A stretch of DNA of 64,000 nt. Source: Anthoceros angustus (Eukaryota > Plantae > Anthocerotophyta). The translations under genes were made by a program, and so were the position numbers. The notes under the pieces were generated by a model. It had not been told where the DNA came from. It saw only the letters and a list, made by a program, of their open reading frames with translations, and searched no databases. This document shows, piece by piece, positions 24,870-37,150 of the stretch (the first letter of the stretch is position 1; every line of letters begins with the position of its first letter). Where the stretch lies: assembly GCA_010909165.1 (NCBI GenBank), contig MU008212.1:124001-188000 (forward strand), read 5' to 3'.

Positions 24870-26795
24870 ATGGTTGCAGCCGTGAGCAAGCTGTGTGGGC
24901 AGGAACAGCTCAGTGAGGCCGTTGAGGCTCTGGGAGATGTAGTACAGATGGGCTTTCGTGTTTCCAATTCTCTCTTTTACACTGTGCTGAAGAAGTGTGT
25001 TGGGAAGAAGGATCTGATTCTGGGTCGCCGTGTGCATGGTCTCACGGTGAAAAAGGGGTATTCGTCAGACAGGTTTTTGTGCAACCACATCCTGCGCATG
25101 TATGCGGCTCATGCCAGGTTGCAGGAAGCGATGGATGTGTTCACCTTGGTTGCCGAACCAGACGCTTTCATGTGGTCTTCTATAATTTCTGCGCACGTTC
25201 AACACGGGCAGGCTAAGCAGGCCATACAGCTGTATCATCAGATGCGCAAGTCAGGCGTGAAGCCAGATGGTCATGTGTTTGTAGCAGTCCTGCAGGCTTG
25301 TGCAAGGGAAGCAGACTTAGAGAGTGGACAACAGGTGCATGCTGACGTGTGGGCAAGTGGAGTTGAGCCTGATCCGTTTGTTTGTAGTGGCTTGGTGGAC
25401 ATGTATGCCAAGTGTGGCAGCTTGGAGGAGGCTCAGAGAGTGTTTGACACAATCCCTCGACAGAATGTGGTGACGTGGACCGCGATGATCGCGGGATATG
25501 CCCAGCAGGGCATGGGTCAGGAAGCACTTCGTCTTTACAGTGCAATGCAACACCAAGGCTTTGCTGCACCTAATTCTGTGACATTTGTGTCCCTCTTGCA
25601 GGCTTGTGCAAGTGTAGGTGTCACGGCTTTAGCTAAGGGAAAGGAACTTCATGCACAGATTGAAGAACAAGGACTTCAAGCAGATGTGACTGTAGGTAAC
25701 AATTTGATAAATATGTATGCAAAGTGTGGCAGCCTGGAGAATGCTCAGAGTGTATTTGCCGGACTTCGCCAGAAAGATGTGGTGAGTTGGACTGCTCTGA
25801 TAGCAGGGTATTCCCAGCAGGGGAAGGATGAGGAAGCCCTTCACCTTTATCTTGCTATGCAGGAAGAAGGCATTGCCCCCCCCAATTCTGTCACATTTGT
25901 GTGCCTCCTGCGGGCTTGTGCAAGTGCAGCAGCTTTACATGCAGGAAGGCAGCTTCATGCGCAGATTGTTGAACAAGGGCTTCAAGCTGATGGCTTTATA
26001 GCCATCAGTTTATTATACATGTATGGAAAGTCCGGGAGCATGGTTGATGCACAGCAGGTATTTGACAGATTGCCTGAGAGAGACGTTGTAGCCTGGAATG
26101 CGCTAATTGCAGGATATACCCGTCAAGGGGACGCTGAAGTGGTCTTCTACTTGCTTCACAGAATGAGAGAGGCTGGCTCTAAGCCTGACGACATCACGTT
26201 CCTCAATGTACTAACAGTGTGCAGCCATGCTGGTCTAGTGAACAAGGGGCGAGAGTACTTTGAGGCCATGAGCAGACACTACGATGTTACACCCACCACA
26301 GAGCACTACAAATGCATGGTGGATCTCCTGGGCCGTGCTGGCCAGCTTGACGAGGCACTGGCGGTGGTGAAGACCATGCCTGCCCAGCCTCATCTTTCAC
26401 TTTGGCACACTCTCTTGGGCTCTTGTCGAAAATGGACCAACTTGGAGGTGGGACTCCATGCTTTCACTGAAGCAGTGAAGCTAAACGAAAAAGATGATGC
26501 AGCGTATGTCTTGATGTCTAGCATTTATGCCAGTTCCCAGATGTGGGAGGAGGCTCAGCGGGTGCAGGCGAGGAGAAAAGGAATTGGAGCATGGAAGCAG
26601 CCAGGTCAGAGCTGGTGGACAGACACTGACGGATTGGTGCATACTTTTGTCGTTGGAGTAAAATTCATGCCGAGAGTGAAGATAATGTATGCAAGGCCGA
26701 AACACCCTTCTTCCCAGGATTATGAAAGCGCCCATGTGCCACCCTTTTTATCAAATAAGCATGGACCAGGCTACCCAGGACAAGTTCCTTCTTGA
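24870..26795 (+). CDS. PLS-class pentatricopeptide repeat protein with E/E+ extension and no DYW deaminase (organellar RNA editing factor), intronless
   Basis: Repeated P-L-S triplets (VVTWTAMIAGYAQQG, PNSVTFVSLLQACA, LVDMYAKCGSLEEA) followed by HYKCMVDLLGRAG, E motifs and PG box KQPGQSWW. The start may be further upstream, since the ORF opens at 24636. Confidence 0.93.
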   Translation: MVAAVSKLCGQEQLSEAVEALGDVVQMGFRVSNSLFYTVLKKCVGKKDLILGRRVHGLTVKKGYSSDRFLCNHILRMYAAHARLQEAMDVFTLVAEPDAFMWSSIISAHVQHGQAKQAIQLYHQMRKSGVKPDGHVFVAVLQACAREADLESGQQVHADVWASGVEPDPFVCSGLVDMYAKCGSLEEAQRVFDTIPRQNVVTWTAMIAGYAQQGMGQEALRLYSAMQHQGFAAPNSVTFVSLLQACASVGVTALAKGKELHAQIEEQGLQADVTVGNNLINMYAKCGSLENAQSVFAGLRQKDVVSWTALIAGYSQQGKDEEALHLYLAMQEEGIAPPNSVTFVCLLRACASAAALHAGRQLHAQIVEQGLQADGFIAISLLYMYGKSGSMVDAQQVFDRLPERDVVAWNALIAGYTRQGDAEVVFYLLHRMREAGSKPDDITFLNVLTVCSHAGLVNKGREYFEAMSRHYDVTPTTEHYKCMVDLLGRAGQLDEALAVVKTMPAQPHLSLWHTLLGSCRKWTNLEVGLHAFTEAVKLNEKDDAAYVLMSSIYASSQMWEEAQRVQARRKGIGAWKQPGQSWWTDTDGLVHTFVVGVKFMPRVKIMYARPKHPSSQDYESAHVPPFLSNKHGPGYPGQVPS

Positions 26796-28167
26796 CCATA
26801 TTTGTTAATATGAGAGTAAAAAAGGGAGGGAAATACACACCAGAACTTCTCAAAGCCTCCACAGCTTCATATGAGCCTTAGGTGGCCCTCATGCCAGAGG
26901 CCTGAAAGGCTCACTTCCAGGACTTAGATGGTCAGGATCACATCCGGCAGGCTCCTGCTGCAAGCCCAACAACAACAACTGCACCACCACCGAAGTGTGC
27001 TTGGATCCACCCAAGTCGTCAACCAGAGTACATCCTGGAAGTAAGTCGAATGGAGGCCCTGGTTGAATTTCTGCGGGAGAAGGATCACAGTGGGCTCCGC
27101 TGCCCTCTCCAAGAAGATACAGTTTCGGAGTCCCAAATTCTGACAACTCCGTGATCAGTTGTGACCAGAAGTGACGTTGTATTCACGCTACAAGGGTACG
27201 CGAACAGGTAAGGCAATTGAACTTCATTGAAATATCTCTCCGCAGAGAGGAGTATAGCACCAAACTCAAGCATGTGCACATGAGCCACCAGATACCCAGC
27301 CAGGGAGAGATGCAAACTATTTCATCCGTGCTTAACCATGAGAAGCCATGGACTCAGTGCAGGACAAACATGCTGTCATAGACCAGAAGTGGCTTGGATG
27401 AAATAGGAACAGAATCATCCAGGAAGATGGTTGAGACTTATCACACACCCAGCAACGTTACAATTTACTGAGCAGACCATAAACGGTCCACTAGCCTTAC
27501 AAAGTGACCAAGCCCTACCTGGTTGTTGCTCTTTCCACCAGCAAACCCAGCAGCATCAGAACTTAGAGCAGACCCTAACAAGCGTAAACAAATGCCGCAT
27601 GCCTGTGCCCACACTGCTGCTCGTTCCATCAGCTCCTTCAGCTGCATCAAATCTTAGAGCAGAGCCTAACAAGCACAGTCAAACACGTCTATGCTGCATA
27701 AGAGCTAGGCCCTTAACGTGCATATGCCCTTAATGTGCGTAAGAGTCTGCAGAAAATCGGTGTGCCGATCCGCAACCCTGACCGACAAATCCTCCACGGA
27801 CAAGACTAGAGGAGGAAAAATACCGAGGAAATCAATATTGGGCGGGAAGTCCAAAGCCTGTCTGAGGAAGTCGAAGGCTTAGTGTAATAACCATATCCCG
27901 TAAGCCTGTTGGGACAGAAAGTTGTCGGGATCGCAAACGAGAGGAATCTGCTGTACAGTGGTGAGGTCACCAGGTAGACCCTGGCGGACTTCAATCGTTC
28001 CCCGCATGCCTGGCCAAGCGGGACGATGACGACAACGCACCAGTTCCGGCAATTGAGGAGGACCGTGAATAGCACCTCTACGCCTCTCGCTACTTCCTGC
28101 TCCAGCCTTGCCCAGGCTCACTGTGCCCCGGAACCCATCATATTTCCTTCTTCTGGGCTGGATCTTG

Positions 28168-29391
28168 ATGAAAGGGCTGGCGCCGGAGATGAATCATCCG
28201 ACACCAGGCTGCTTGAATGACGCCTGTACGTGGTGCAGACCAGAATGGGCGAACCTTCCCGAGGATTTGATTGCCAACTTCCTGGCTCGTTTGCCTTTGC
28301 ACAGTCTTTTCCAAGCCCGCGTTGCCTGCAAGAATTGGTCCGTGTCACTGCTTTCAAGCGGCAATTTTCTCACTGCCCATGCGCAAGCGTCTGCTTCTGA
28401 AGCCTACTTCCCGCTGGTTGCCACCCGAGGGACCTTCATCAGATGCTGCGCAGCAGACCCATCGTCCAAAGCGTGGCGGGAGTTGCCATCGTTTTCCTTT
28501 ATGCCCCGGATTTCACCCGCCCTTGATGACTACCAAGTGCTGGGAGGACACAAGGGCCTCTTCTTTGTCAAGAATGGGGAGTTCTACTTTGTCACCAATC
28601 CGCTGACAGAAGCTTGCACACAGTTGCCAAGTGTGTATGGAGGTGGATTGACCTTCTTCTCAGGGGCGGTGTCTGTGCAAGTGGATCCAGGGGGAAAGCG
28701 GTATCGTATTTTCAGGTTCATGGATCAGCCATTGGAAGGTAAGTGGAGTCGAGCTACACTCCCAATCGCTTCAAGCTACTTTGACAACGGATTCGCCAGA
28801 GTGCAGGTGTATGATTCAAGCACTAGGTTGTGGAGTTTACTCACCACGGGCCCTACCTTTGACAAGGCTGTCTTTGCTTCCAGCCATGCCGCATACCATG
28901 AGGGCACGTTTTTTCTCATCGTCTGCAACTACCATGATCACAAGTTCTGGATGGCATGTTTCGACTTGGAGACTAGACAGTGGACGAACCACAGACTCCC
29001 AGGAGCTGTTACTGAGAAAATGGCAAACCTTGTACAGTTCGAGGGACAAGTTCTACTGGTGGGATGGAATGTGGAACTTGCCAGGTACCTGGTCATTTAT
29101 GTTTTCATGCCAACGTCTCAGGAATGGACAATTGTAACGTTCATGCCTCCTTACATGGAGGATGTCCTGGATGCCTGTGTTAAGGAAGGCGTTCGTGCTG
29201 TAAGGCATGGCAACATTTTATGTATAACCACTATGAACAGCCTTATTGTTGTTGTGTACAACCTTCGGGCGAGTTCGTGGCACAGATGGCCTAGTCCAGA
29301 CGGTCGCCGCTTGCGTCGTGGCCTGAAGATTGGGCAACCAATCCAACCACTTTGCTTCCCGTATGAACCAAGTTTTGTTGCTGAAGTATAG
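28168..29391 (+). CDS. F-box protein with a C-terminal beta-propeller (kelch/FBA-like) region, intronless
   Basis: F-box WANLPEDLIANFLARLPLHSLFQARVACKNW, followed by GLFF...VTNPLT...LP, VQVYDSST..W and FDLETRQW repeats. Confidence 0.85.
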   Translation: MKGLAPEMNHPTPGCLNDACTWCRPEWANLPEDLIANFLARLPLHSLFQARVACKNWSVSLLSSGNFLTAHAQASASEAYFPLVATRGTFIRCCAADPSSKAWRELPSFSFMPRISPALDDYQVLGGHKGLFFVKNGEFYFVTNPLTEACTQLPSVYGGGLTFFSGAVSVQVDPGGKRYRIFRFMDQPLEGKWSRATLPIASSYFDNGFARVQVYDSSTRLWSLLTTGPTFDKAVFASSHAAYHEGTFFLIVCNYHDHKFWMACFDLETRQWTNHRLPGAVTEKMANLVQFEGQVLLVGWNVELARYLVIYVFMPTSQEWTIVTFMPPYMEDVLDACVKEGVRAVRHGNILCITTMNSLIVVVYNLRASSWHRWPSPDGRRLRRGLKIGQPIQPLCFPYEPSFVAEV

Positions 29392-30457
29392 CTGCACGCC
29401 GGATCCTCCGAGAGCTCTGGCCTCCAGAGGTGGTAGCCTTGCGACATCCTCAGCGGTGGTTGCTGTTGTCTTCAGGAAAAGGAGATAACTCCAATTCATG
29501 ACTTGTCAGCTAGCCTATATGCAAGGTGCTTCACAGGCAAATATTTCTGAAGCCGCTTGATGTTTGAAGCTGGTGATGTATATTACTGTAAACTGGTTCA
29601 TGTGTATGTGAAAAGATATCCAGGCATGAAGTGTCAATTCTTTCAGGACAGCAACTTCTTAGCTTTGCTTGGATCTGACCCAGGACTCTGCCTTAAAAAG
29701 TGGATGAGTCCTGACAGCGTTGAAAATGCTTGGGGGATTCTCTGTCTGTCTTCCACTACGACTCTGTCGGTGGAGCACCACTGGTATGACGGGGCGAACC
29801 AGGCCACCGTCGGGCATAAAGCTTGCTTGAACTAGTATGACGCCATAGCCCTAATGACATGAGTATCTTGTATTGGCCCCTACCTCCCAAGGTACAGCAA
29901 GAAATGTCCTCGCCTTTTTCTTTCCTTTCAAACAACAGGAATAATATATCCAACCACAATACATATACGGTGTACGGGAAATTGGGACGACACATCTTAA
30001 CCTTGTGATGGTAAAGGATTTTTGATGTGTTGGATTTTTGATGTGTTGGCTACTCGTACCCCTTTCATCTGATTAGGGTCTGCACTAAAGGATATATTAA
30101 TTCTATAGAAATAAAATTTAAAATCATTTATCTTGAACTCATGCGGTTATACAAGCGATGTAGAAAAGGGACTTGAACCTACTACTACTAGGTACATACA
30201 TAGAAGAAGAATGAAGTCTACAATCGTCCACTTGGACGGAATTTTCTTGTTATGGGACTTGGTACTTACCAACGTGTGCCTAACCTACTTGCACCAAGGG
30301 TATCTACTGGGCTCGAGGCAACCCATCTAAGTACTGATCTAAGCGCAAGATGTGTAACAGTGGTGTTCTTATAAATATGTGTTCATTTGGCCTAAGCCGG
30401 TTGCACAAACTCTCTCCTTATCCGCTGTCCTTTCATCATCATTGTCAATTTATTTTT

Positions 30458-30537
30458 TCTTCAAACTTAGGGATGCGCTTGTCAATCTATCCTCCTTCAA
30501 ACTTAGGGATGCGCCTGTCAATCTATCCTCCTTCAAA
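30458..30537. repeat. Short tandem duplication (~36-bp unit CTTCAAACTTAGGGATGCGC(T/C)TGTCAATCTATCCTC)
   Basis: Directly visible, slightly more than 2 copies. Confidence 0.75.
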
Positions 30538-31012
30538 CAAACTCAAGGATACGTCTGCCCATATCTGCAGTCCTAAAGGTTGAGACTCTCTGGGAGGAGC
30601 TTCCTACCTAAATCTTACTTACTTTGGAGGCATATGATGTCATAGCCAAGAATGATGATGATAAATACAAAATGTAAATAATAACAAGAAGATCGTTGTC
30701 CCCAATCTCGAGCATATTAAAGCAGAACCATCCCATGATGTGCTTATCGAAAGGGGTCCTTTGGTGGAGTGCTACAATAATGCCTTGATACCTCTCAACT
30801 CGTACCCTGAACACCTTACCTCACATATAGACCTAGAAGAGCACTTGAACAAAATAGACAGCTTGTAGGTACAAAGGCCAAAGCTCCATCCAGGAACCGG
30901 GTTTCTTATTACAAACAAGGAGACCACCTCCTATAGCATGCCCTTGTTTCTAACTTTGAAATTTCTACGTTAGACTACGCCCTGCTCAATTCCCTAGGTC
31001 TTTCTGGCATAA

Positions 31013-31383
31013 GGGACAAGATACATGCTTAGGTCATTTCCTATTTCCAGCAATCCATGTATGAACAGGCTCTAGCCATTTCCTATTTGGGACAAGATAC
31101 ATGCTTAGGTCATTTCCTATTTCCAGCAATCCATGTATGAACAGGCTCTAGCCATTTCCTATTTCCAGCAGTCTACGTATGAACAGGCTCTAGTCGGGCC
31201 ATCTTGGCCCGAGCCAGCTTGGCTCGGAGGGCTAAGAATAATATGCTTCGATGGCATCCTGGCGACTTTGTCCAAGTCTGAAAAAGTAATTTCGAAGCAG
31301 CTTTCCAGAAAGGTTCCAGGGCTCAAGTTGGCTTGGAGAACAAATTTCCTATTTCCAGCAGTCTACGAATGAACAGGCTCTAG
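31013..31383. repeat. Tandem 76-bp duplication plus further partial copies of TTTCCTATTTCCAGCA...ATGAACAGGCTCTAG
   Basis: GGGACAAGATACATGC... occurs at 31013 and 31089, with partial units at ~31153 and ~31344. Confidence 0.8.
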
Positions 31384-31836
31384 CACGGCTTTCCAAGTAA
31401 ACATCTCTTTCCCCCTAACAATCCCCTCTCATTCTGTCTCAAAGTAAACATACTTGTTAGATGTTTGATAGTTGGATAAGGTTTTCACTTGAGTATCTTC
31501 AGTGTACCATTTTTTCTAAATTTTATATAAAATTTCAACCCGCTACCGTTATCACCAGCATCACAACCTGTTGCAAAATGGCTGACCGCAAATATCACAT
31601 GGACAGATCCTTTCAAGCCTTCTCATCGAACGATATAGTACGGTTGGAGGACAGACGCCTGACATCGGGCGGAAGAAGGGCTCGTCCAGAAGCTCTTGCG
31701 AGTCATTAGTTGATGTATCGAAAATTTAATTGACGAGTAACTACTAGCTGAGGACGGCGTACAACTGACCTTTCCCAACGATTTTGCTAGCTAATGACTA
31801 GCTCAGCCACTTCCATTCTGATCTGAGCGTTAAGCA

Positions 31837-34800
31837 TCAGGTCCTACGGCTGTCTCCTCGGGCTGAATACTCGCGGACAAGGCCCGAGAACAACGACGTT
31901 GGCTCCTTTCGAAGGCTGGCAGGGCTGTCATATTCCTTCACTCTACCTGCCAAGAAGCCAGCACTTTAGAAAAGAACCGAATACACAAAGGTGCCTCCCC
32001 TACAGGGCACCCAAGAGACCTACAGCCTAATCGAACATGGTTACGAACCTGCGTCGAGCACCACCACTTTGTCACTGTTTAGTACAGTTGGTATTCTGTG
32101 TGCTATACTGATTACTGTACAGCCACGAAACTCAGCTTGCACCGTCTTCTGAATCAAAGCATCACTGTGCGCGTCCACAGAGGCAGTCGCTTCATCCAGG
32201 ACTAATATTCGGCTGTTTTTGAGAAGAGCCCGGCATAGACAAAACAGTTGGCGCTGCCCAACACTCCAATTTTTCCCATTCTCCAAGACTGACCACAAGG
32301 AGCGATGTTCATTAGTGCTTGGTTTAGGAATAATTGTAGTTACTAAGTTTGTCAGGAAAGTGCTTCATTGGTACCTGGGGCATCGAGCTTTCCATCGAAT
32401 TGGCGAACTACTTCAGCTAATTGGCACCTTTGCAGACACTGAGTCAAAATACATACCAGCTCCAGTGAAATATTCTCACCTTTCTCACGACTTTTGATTC
32501 AACCACGTTAATCGACATCATGGCAAAGGGAACAAGCAAATCGTTAAGAGCCTCACTTTCCATATGTCTTCATCCGAGTGCAAGCCAAGGAAGTCAAAGT
32601 TGCTCCTTATAGTGCCTTCAAACAGAGTTGGCTCTTGAGGAATTATACTGAGCTTTTTACGTAAATCATGGAGCCCCAGAGTACTGATGTCAACGCCGTC
32701 GATCAGAATCCGACCCCCTGCAGGCTCCCTTAGGCGAAAGAGTGCAAGAATCAAGGTTGATTTACCACTCCCAGTTCTCCCACCCACTCCCACCTTGTCT
32801 CCTCCCCGAATAGTCAAGGACACTCCTTTCAGGACAAGAGGAGTGCTTGGTCGGTAGCGCAGCTGTAGACAACAGAAATTAGCATCTAGAAGAACTAGTC
32901 ATGCTATACTACAATTATGACGGGAATGAAACCCTCTGAGGTACCTGATTTCAAAAACGACTTTTCCAGTATCAGGCCAAGTGGGAGGTGGCATTGTCTC
33001 CTCAATGTGCCAAGGGGCTTCAGCAGGCAAGTCACTAAATTGGTCTACACGCTCTACTGAAACCATTTCGTTCTCAAGTTGGCAAAAGACCCAGACCACA
33101 CTATAGAGGCACTGATTCAATGATAGTCCATAAGATAAAGACAACCCAACCAGTTCTGCACAGTTCACAAAGTTCGGACCATATGAGTTTGAGTACAGAG
33201 TGCAGTTTTGCGACCAACTGCCCTGTAGCACAGACTAGTGTGATGTGACTTACCAGGCTGGACAAATGCTGGAGGCAGGGATACAACCAAGAAAGCTGAA
33301 GAGCATAGCACCACAGCACCTATCATCTCCATCCGATATCCAACCCATTCACTAGCTGCAATATTGTGGAAGTTCATCGCCAAATTACTATCAATCCTGT
33401 CAATGTTTACTCTTGCGAAACGACCTTGTTGTCCAAAGCATCGAATTGTACTAAGTCCTGCTATAGTTTCTGAAAAGTGATGGATTATTGGGGCCTTTGT
33501 AAGACCATCCAACCTTGTTAACTCTCGTGATGTTGCAATGTAATAGTTCTGCAGTAGCCAGAGACAACTTATCATTAGTACTGGGGGGCTAAATGGATTT
33601 TAAAAGTATATCAATGACAAGAGAGCTATGACATGGTATGAATAATATGCCCACGTCAGAGGCACCAGCATGAAAACAAGCTGCCAAGTAACGCTCGATG
33701 TTACAACTCCAATGCCAAGCGCTGAAAACATCATGGCCAGCAAACTTCCAAAACATACAGCCACATATCTATCAATTCATTTTTTTTTTTTTTTATTTGG
33801 TATCATCTATCAATTGATGTCTGGTCTGCAGAGGCCTGTACCAGACAGAACATGACATTAGCACAACAACGGACAGACAGGTAGGAACATAGCACATTCT
33901 TGACATTCCATTCACCCTTGCGTATATGCGATGACAGGCACTAACAGATGCGGACATACCCTGCTTAGAATTCGGCCTGTTGGGGTGGTGTCAAAAAAAG
34001 ACATTGGTGAATGAAAGATGCTCCGGAGCATTTCTTGAAAGAAGGATTGGCCCGATCTGAGACCTGTAAATGCAACTAGAGTTGATCGTGCCAGCACACA
34101 AAGTCCACAGGCCAAAGCCAACCCAGCATATACTGAGATGAATCTGCTGGGTTCAGCGTCATGATATGTGCTGCCGGTTGCAAATGCTAACCAATAGTCC
34201 CCTGAAATTTGCAGCAGCTGCCACACAGTCTGGATGATCAAAAGTACCACAACCAATGCTCCACCCACAACCTTTGTCAGATAAAGCCAGTATACCCGTC
34301 CACTCACTCGCCCTGATGCCCTTTCCTCATTGGTAACAAAACGAGAACTTGACTTGCCACCAGCAATTTCATTAGTCCTGGAGTGGCTTTCCTCTTGTCC
34401 GTTCTTCTGCAATACTGGCTTCGACTCAGAGGAGCTGGCTGCGGGCAGATTGATCTCATAATCCCACTTTTCACTGCTGCACAGCCTCTCAAAAGTCATG
34501 TGCACTGTCTCAGTTTCTGAGGGACGAGGGCAGTCTGCAGCTGACAGTGATGAGGAGAAGTAGGACTCTGTGTCCTGCTTATCCTTGGAAAACTGCCACT
34601 TTGGCAAAGAATCTGCTAGGTGAGGGACAGAACAATCTTCTGTCCCATTAACCTTGTCTAGTTCTAAAGCATAAGCACCAACTAGAGAAGCAAACTCCGT
34701 TCCAGGGACCATGACCTCTGAATATGATCCTGATTGCACAATGTGACCTTCTTGCATAACCTGTTCGCATCACATTCCCGTTATCGGCATCCATGTTGAA

Positions 34801-37150
34801 ACCAACTGTAGGGACAGCAGACTCTGTAGCCATGTAGCCCATTTGCCACAAATGCACCTTGTCTACATTTACTTTTCAATAAGCTAAAAAGTGAGATCCT
34901 GATGAGCAAGCAGTAGTACCAGAATGTGATCTGCTCCGTACAGAAAATCAACCTGGTGAGTGACTAGGACCACAGTCTTGGTGCGTAGCTTCCCCATGAT
35001 GCATTCCTTGAGATATTTTAACAAATCAGCAGGGTACAACGTAGTTCAGCAAAAGGCTCGCATAAGGATATGCTATGAACATGCAAGACGTGAGAGCATA
35101 AGGTAACTCACTGTGAACAATTTGGAGCCCGTTTGGGAGTCGACAGCACTAAATATGTCATCTAAGAGGTAGATGTCAGAGTCCTGATAGATGGCTCTAG
35201 CAAGCTGAATACGTTGCTTCTGGCCACCACTTAAGTTGACTCCTCGTTCCCCTATTTCCGTATTATCGCCGAACTCAAGCTGGGAGAGGTCTTCTTCAAG
35301 CTGACAAATACGAAGAGCCTCGTTGTATCGGACAAGTTCCAGGTCCTGTCCGAACAAAATGTTCTCCTTAATTGTCTCATTTTGAATCCATGCTAGCTGT
35401 GATACGTATGCAGTACTGCCAGCAACTTGGACCTGTATGCCAGTAGGCAATGACGACAAAGTCAAGTCACGTCTAACATGTATGTACTAAACTCACTACA
35501 ATGACATGAACTAAGGAATATGGACGATCTAAATTCAGGAATATGTACTTACAACTCCGGAGATTTTTGTCATCTCCCCAAGCAAGCTGTTCAGCAAAGA
35601 GGACTTGCCAGACCGAACTCTCCCAACAACTGCGACAAGGGAACCCTGCTTGACTGTCATGCAGCTGGCAGCAATAGTCGTAACTTCTGATTCAGAATCC
35701 CACTTGAAACTGGCACCAGCCACAGTGATGGCAACATCTGAGCTAAATGGAAGGCGTGTTACTGAGCCCGGGTCTGGCTCTTCACTCCACATGAACTTTT
35801 CAAGGCGATCAAGGGCTACCAAGGCTTGTGAAATCAAAACAAGACTTTGGGGAAACATTCTCATTGCTTCCTGCATGATCCGGACTGTAGCAACTGTAGT
35901 AAAAGCTGTACCAGCAGTCAGCTTCACACCCAGAAACACACAAGCAGCAAAGATTGCCACTGTTGATGCCAACGGTGTCAGCCATATGAGGAAGATGACG
36001 ACTGCCGTTGTGTACATCAACATTGAATAGTAGATGTACTCAGAGGACCGAGCAGTTTGGACTACGTTCAGGAATTTTTCTTCAAATGCTTGTAGCTTTA
36101 TTACCTGGCCAACAGCAAAGTCAGAAACAGTATTAAGAGAAAGCAAATGAAGGAGGCGGTTTTTGGGAGCTTGTATCTGTTTTAATTGTTGTGTGCATCC
36201 ACAATCACAAATAGATAGACCAGATAAGGCCGTTTCAGGCCTTTGCCTAACATGACTTGTTCTTTCTAGTCAAGTGCTTTTCACCAACAGACCTTCATAT
36301 TACTGAGAGCCTCGTTCGTGAACTTCATCCGAAGATCCTGTGCCTGCATTATGAGATTTTGAAAATCTCGTTGCTTGGAAGCAATAAAAAATGAGCATGC
36401 GAGAGAAACAGCCATAACCAGAAATCCAGCAGCAGTGGCAAGATTAACCACAGTCACTAGAATGGCAATGGCAACAAGGACTTGCAAAGGCAGAATCCAA
36501 ACATTATGCAGCTGGAAAACAACATCTGCCATCACTTGGGCATCTACGGACATGTGATTGACTATCTGTCCAACCCCATGGCTCTGACGGGCAGCGCTTG
36601 AAAGGCGCAGCCCTTTGTAGTAAAGGGATGTTATTAAGGCAGAACGGACCTGCATCCCAAGCTTGTTGCAATAAAACTGATACTGATGAGCCACTACTAT
36701 CTCAAAGAACTTTGATGCAAGAAGGATGAAGACCAAAACCTGGCCTTCGTATGGAAATCTGCTCTTTCCAGCAGTAGTGCTGACAAAAGCCTGAATGAGA
36801 ATAGGACCCATATACATAACACTTAGACGCAAAAGTCCCAGCACGCCACACGCGAGAAACGGCCGCCAAAACGTTCTCACCAGCGTATTTCTAACTGAGT
36901 TTGGTTCCCGTTCCTGTGGCCAAGATTCGGAGAACCTCTCATACAAAAATGAGGCCCGGTCCTGTGGCCCAAGAAGAGGGACATCCTCTCTGTCAATAGT
37001 TTTCTGACTCCCAGTCTTAAGAAGAGGGTTCAACCAGAGAAAAAACAATCGGCTGATGGGACCTGCTTTCACATATTCAGTAGTGGAAGAGTTACGCAAA
37101 GATGTATCCAAATAATCACTGTCCAACAAGGGCTCTCTGAGTCTTCCCAT
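31837..37150 (-). pseudogene. ABCC: ABCC/MRP-type ABC transporter lacking TMD0, probably disabled
   Basis: TMD1-NBD1-TMD2-NBD2 motifs are present ([65 protein letters not shown]). A TMD2 exon carries a 38-bp insertion with an in-frame stop (33767-33815), and there is a splice-phase mismatch at ~32945/32862. Confidence 0.85.
33767..33815 (-). mobile_element. Micro-insertion with poly(A) and an 11-bp target-site duplication inside an ABCC exon
   Basis: Minus strand: AATTGATAGAT [GATACCAAAT-A15-TG] AATTGATAGAT. Confidence 0.75.

Noticed and set aside
26889-28121. Minus-strand ORF fragments with a WD-like VVRIWD motif
   Set aside because: Single short motif, fragmented frames and no coherent gene model.
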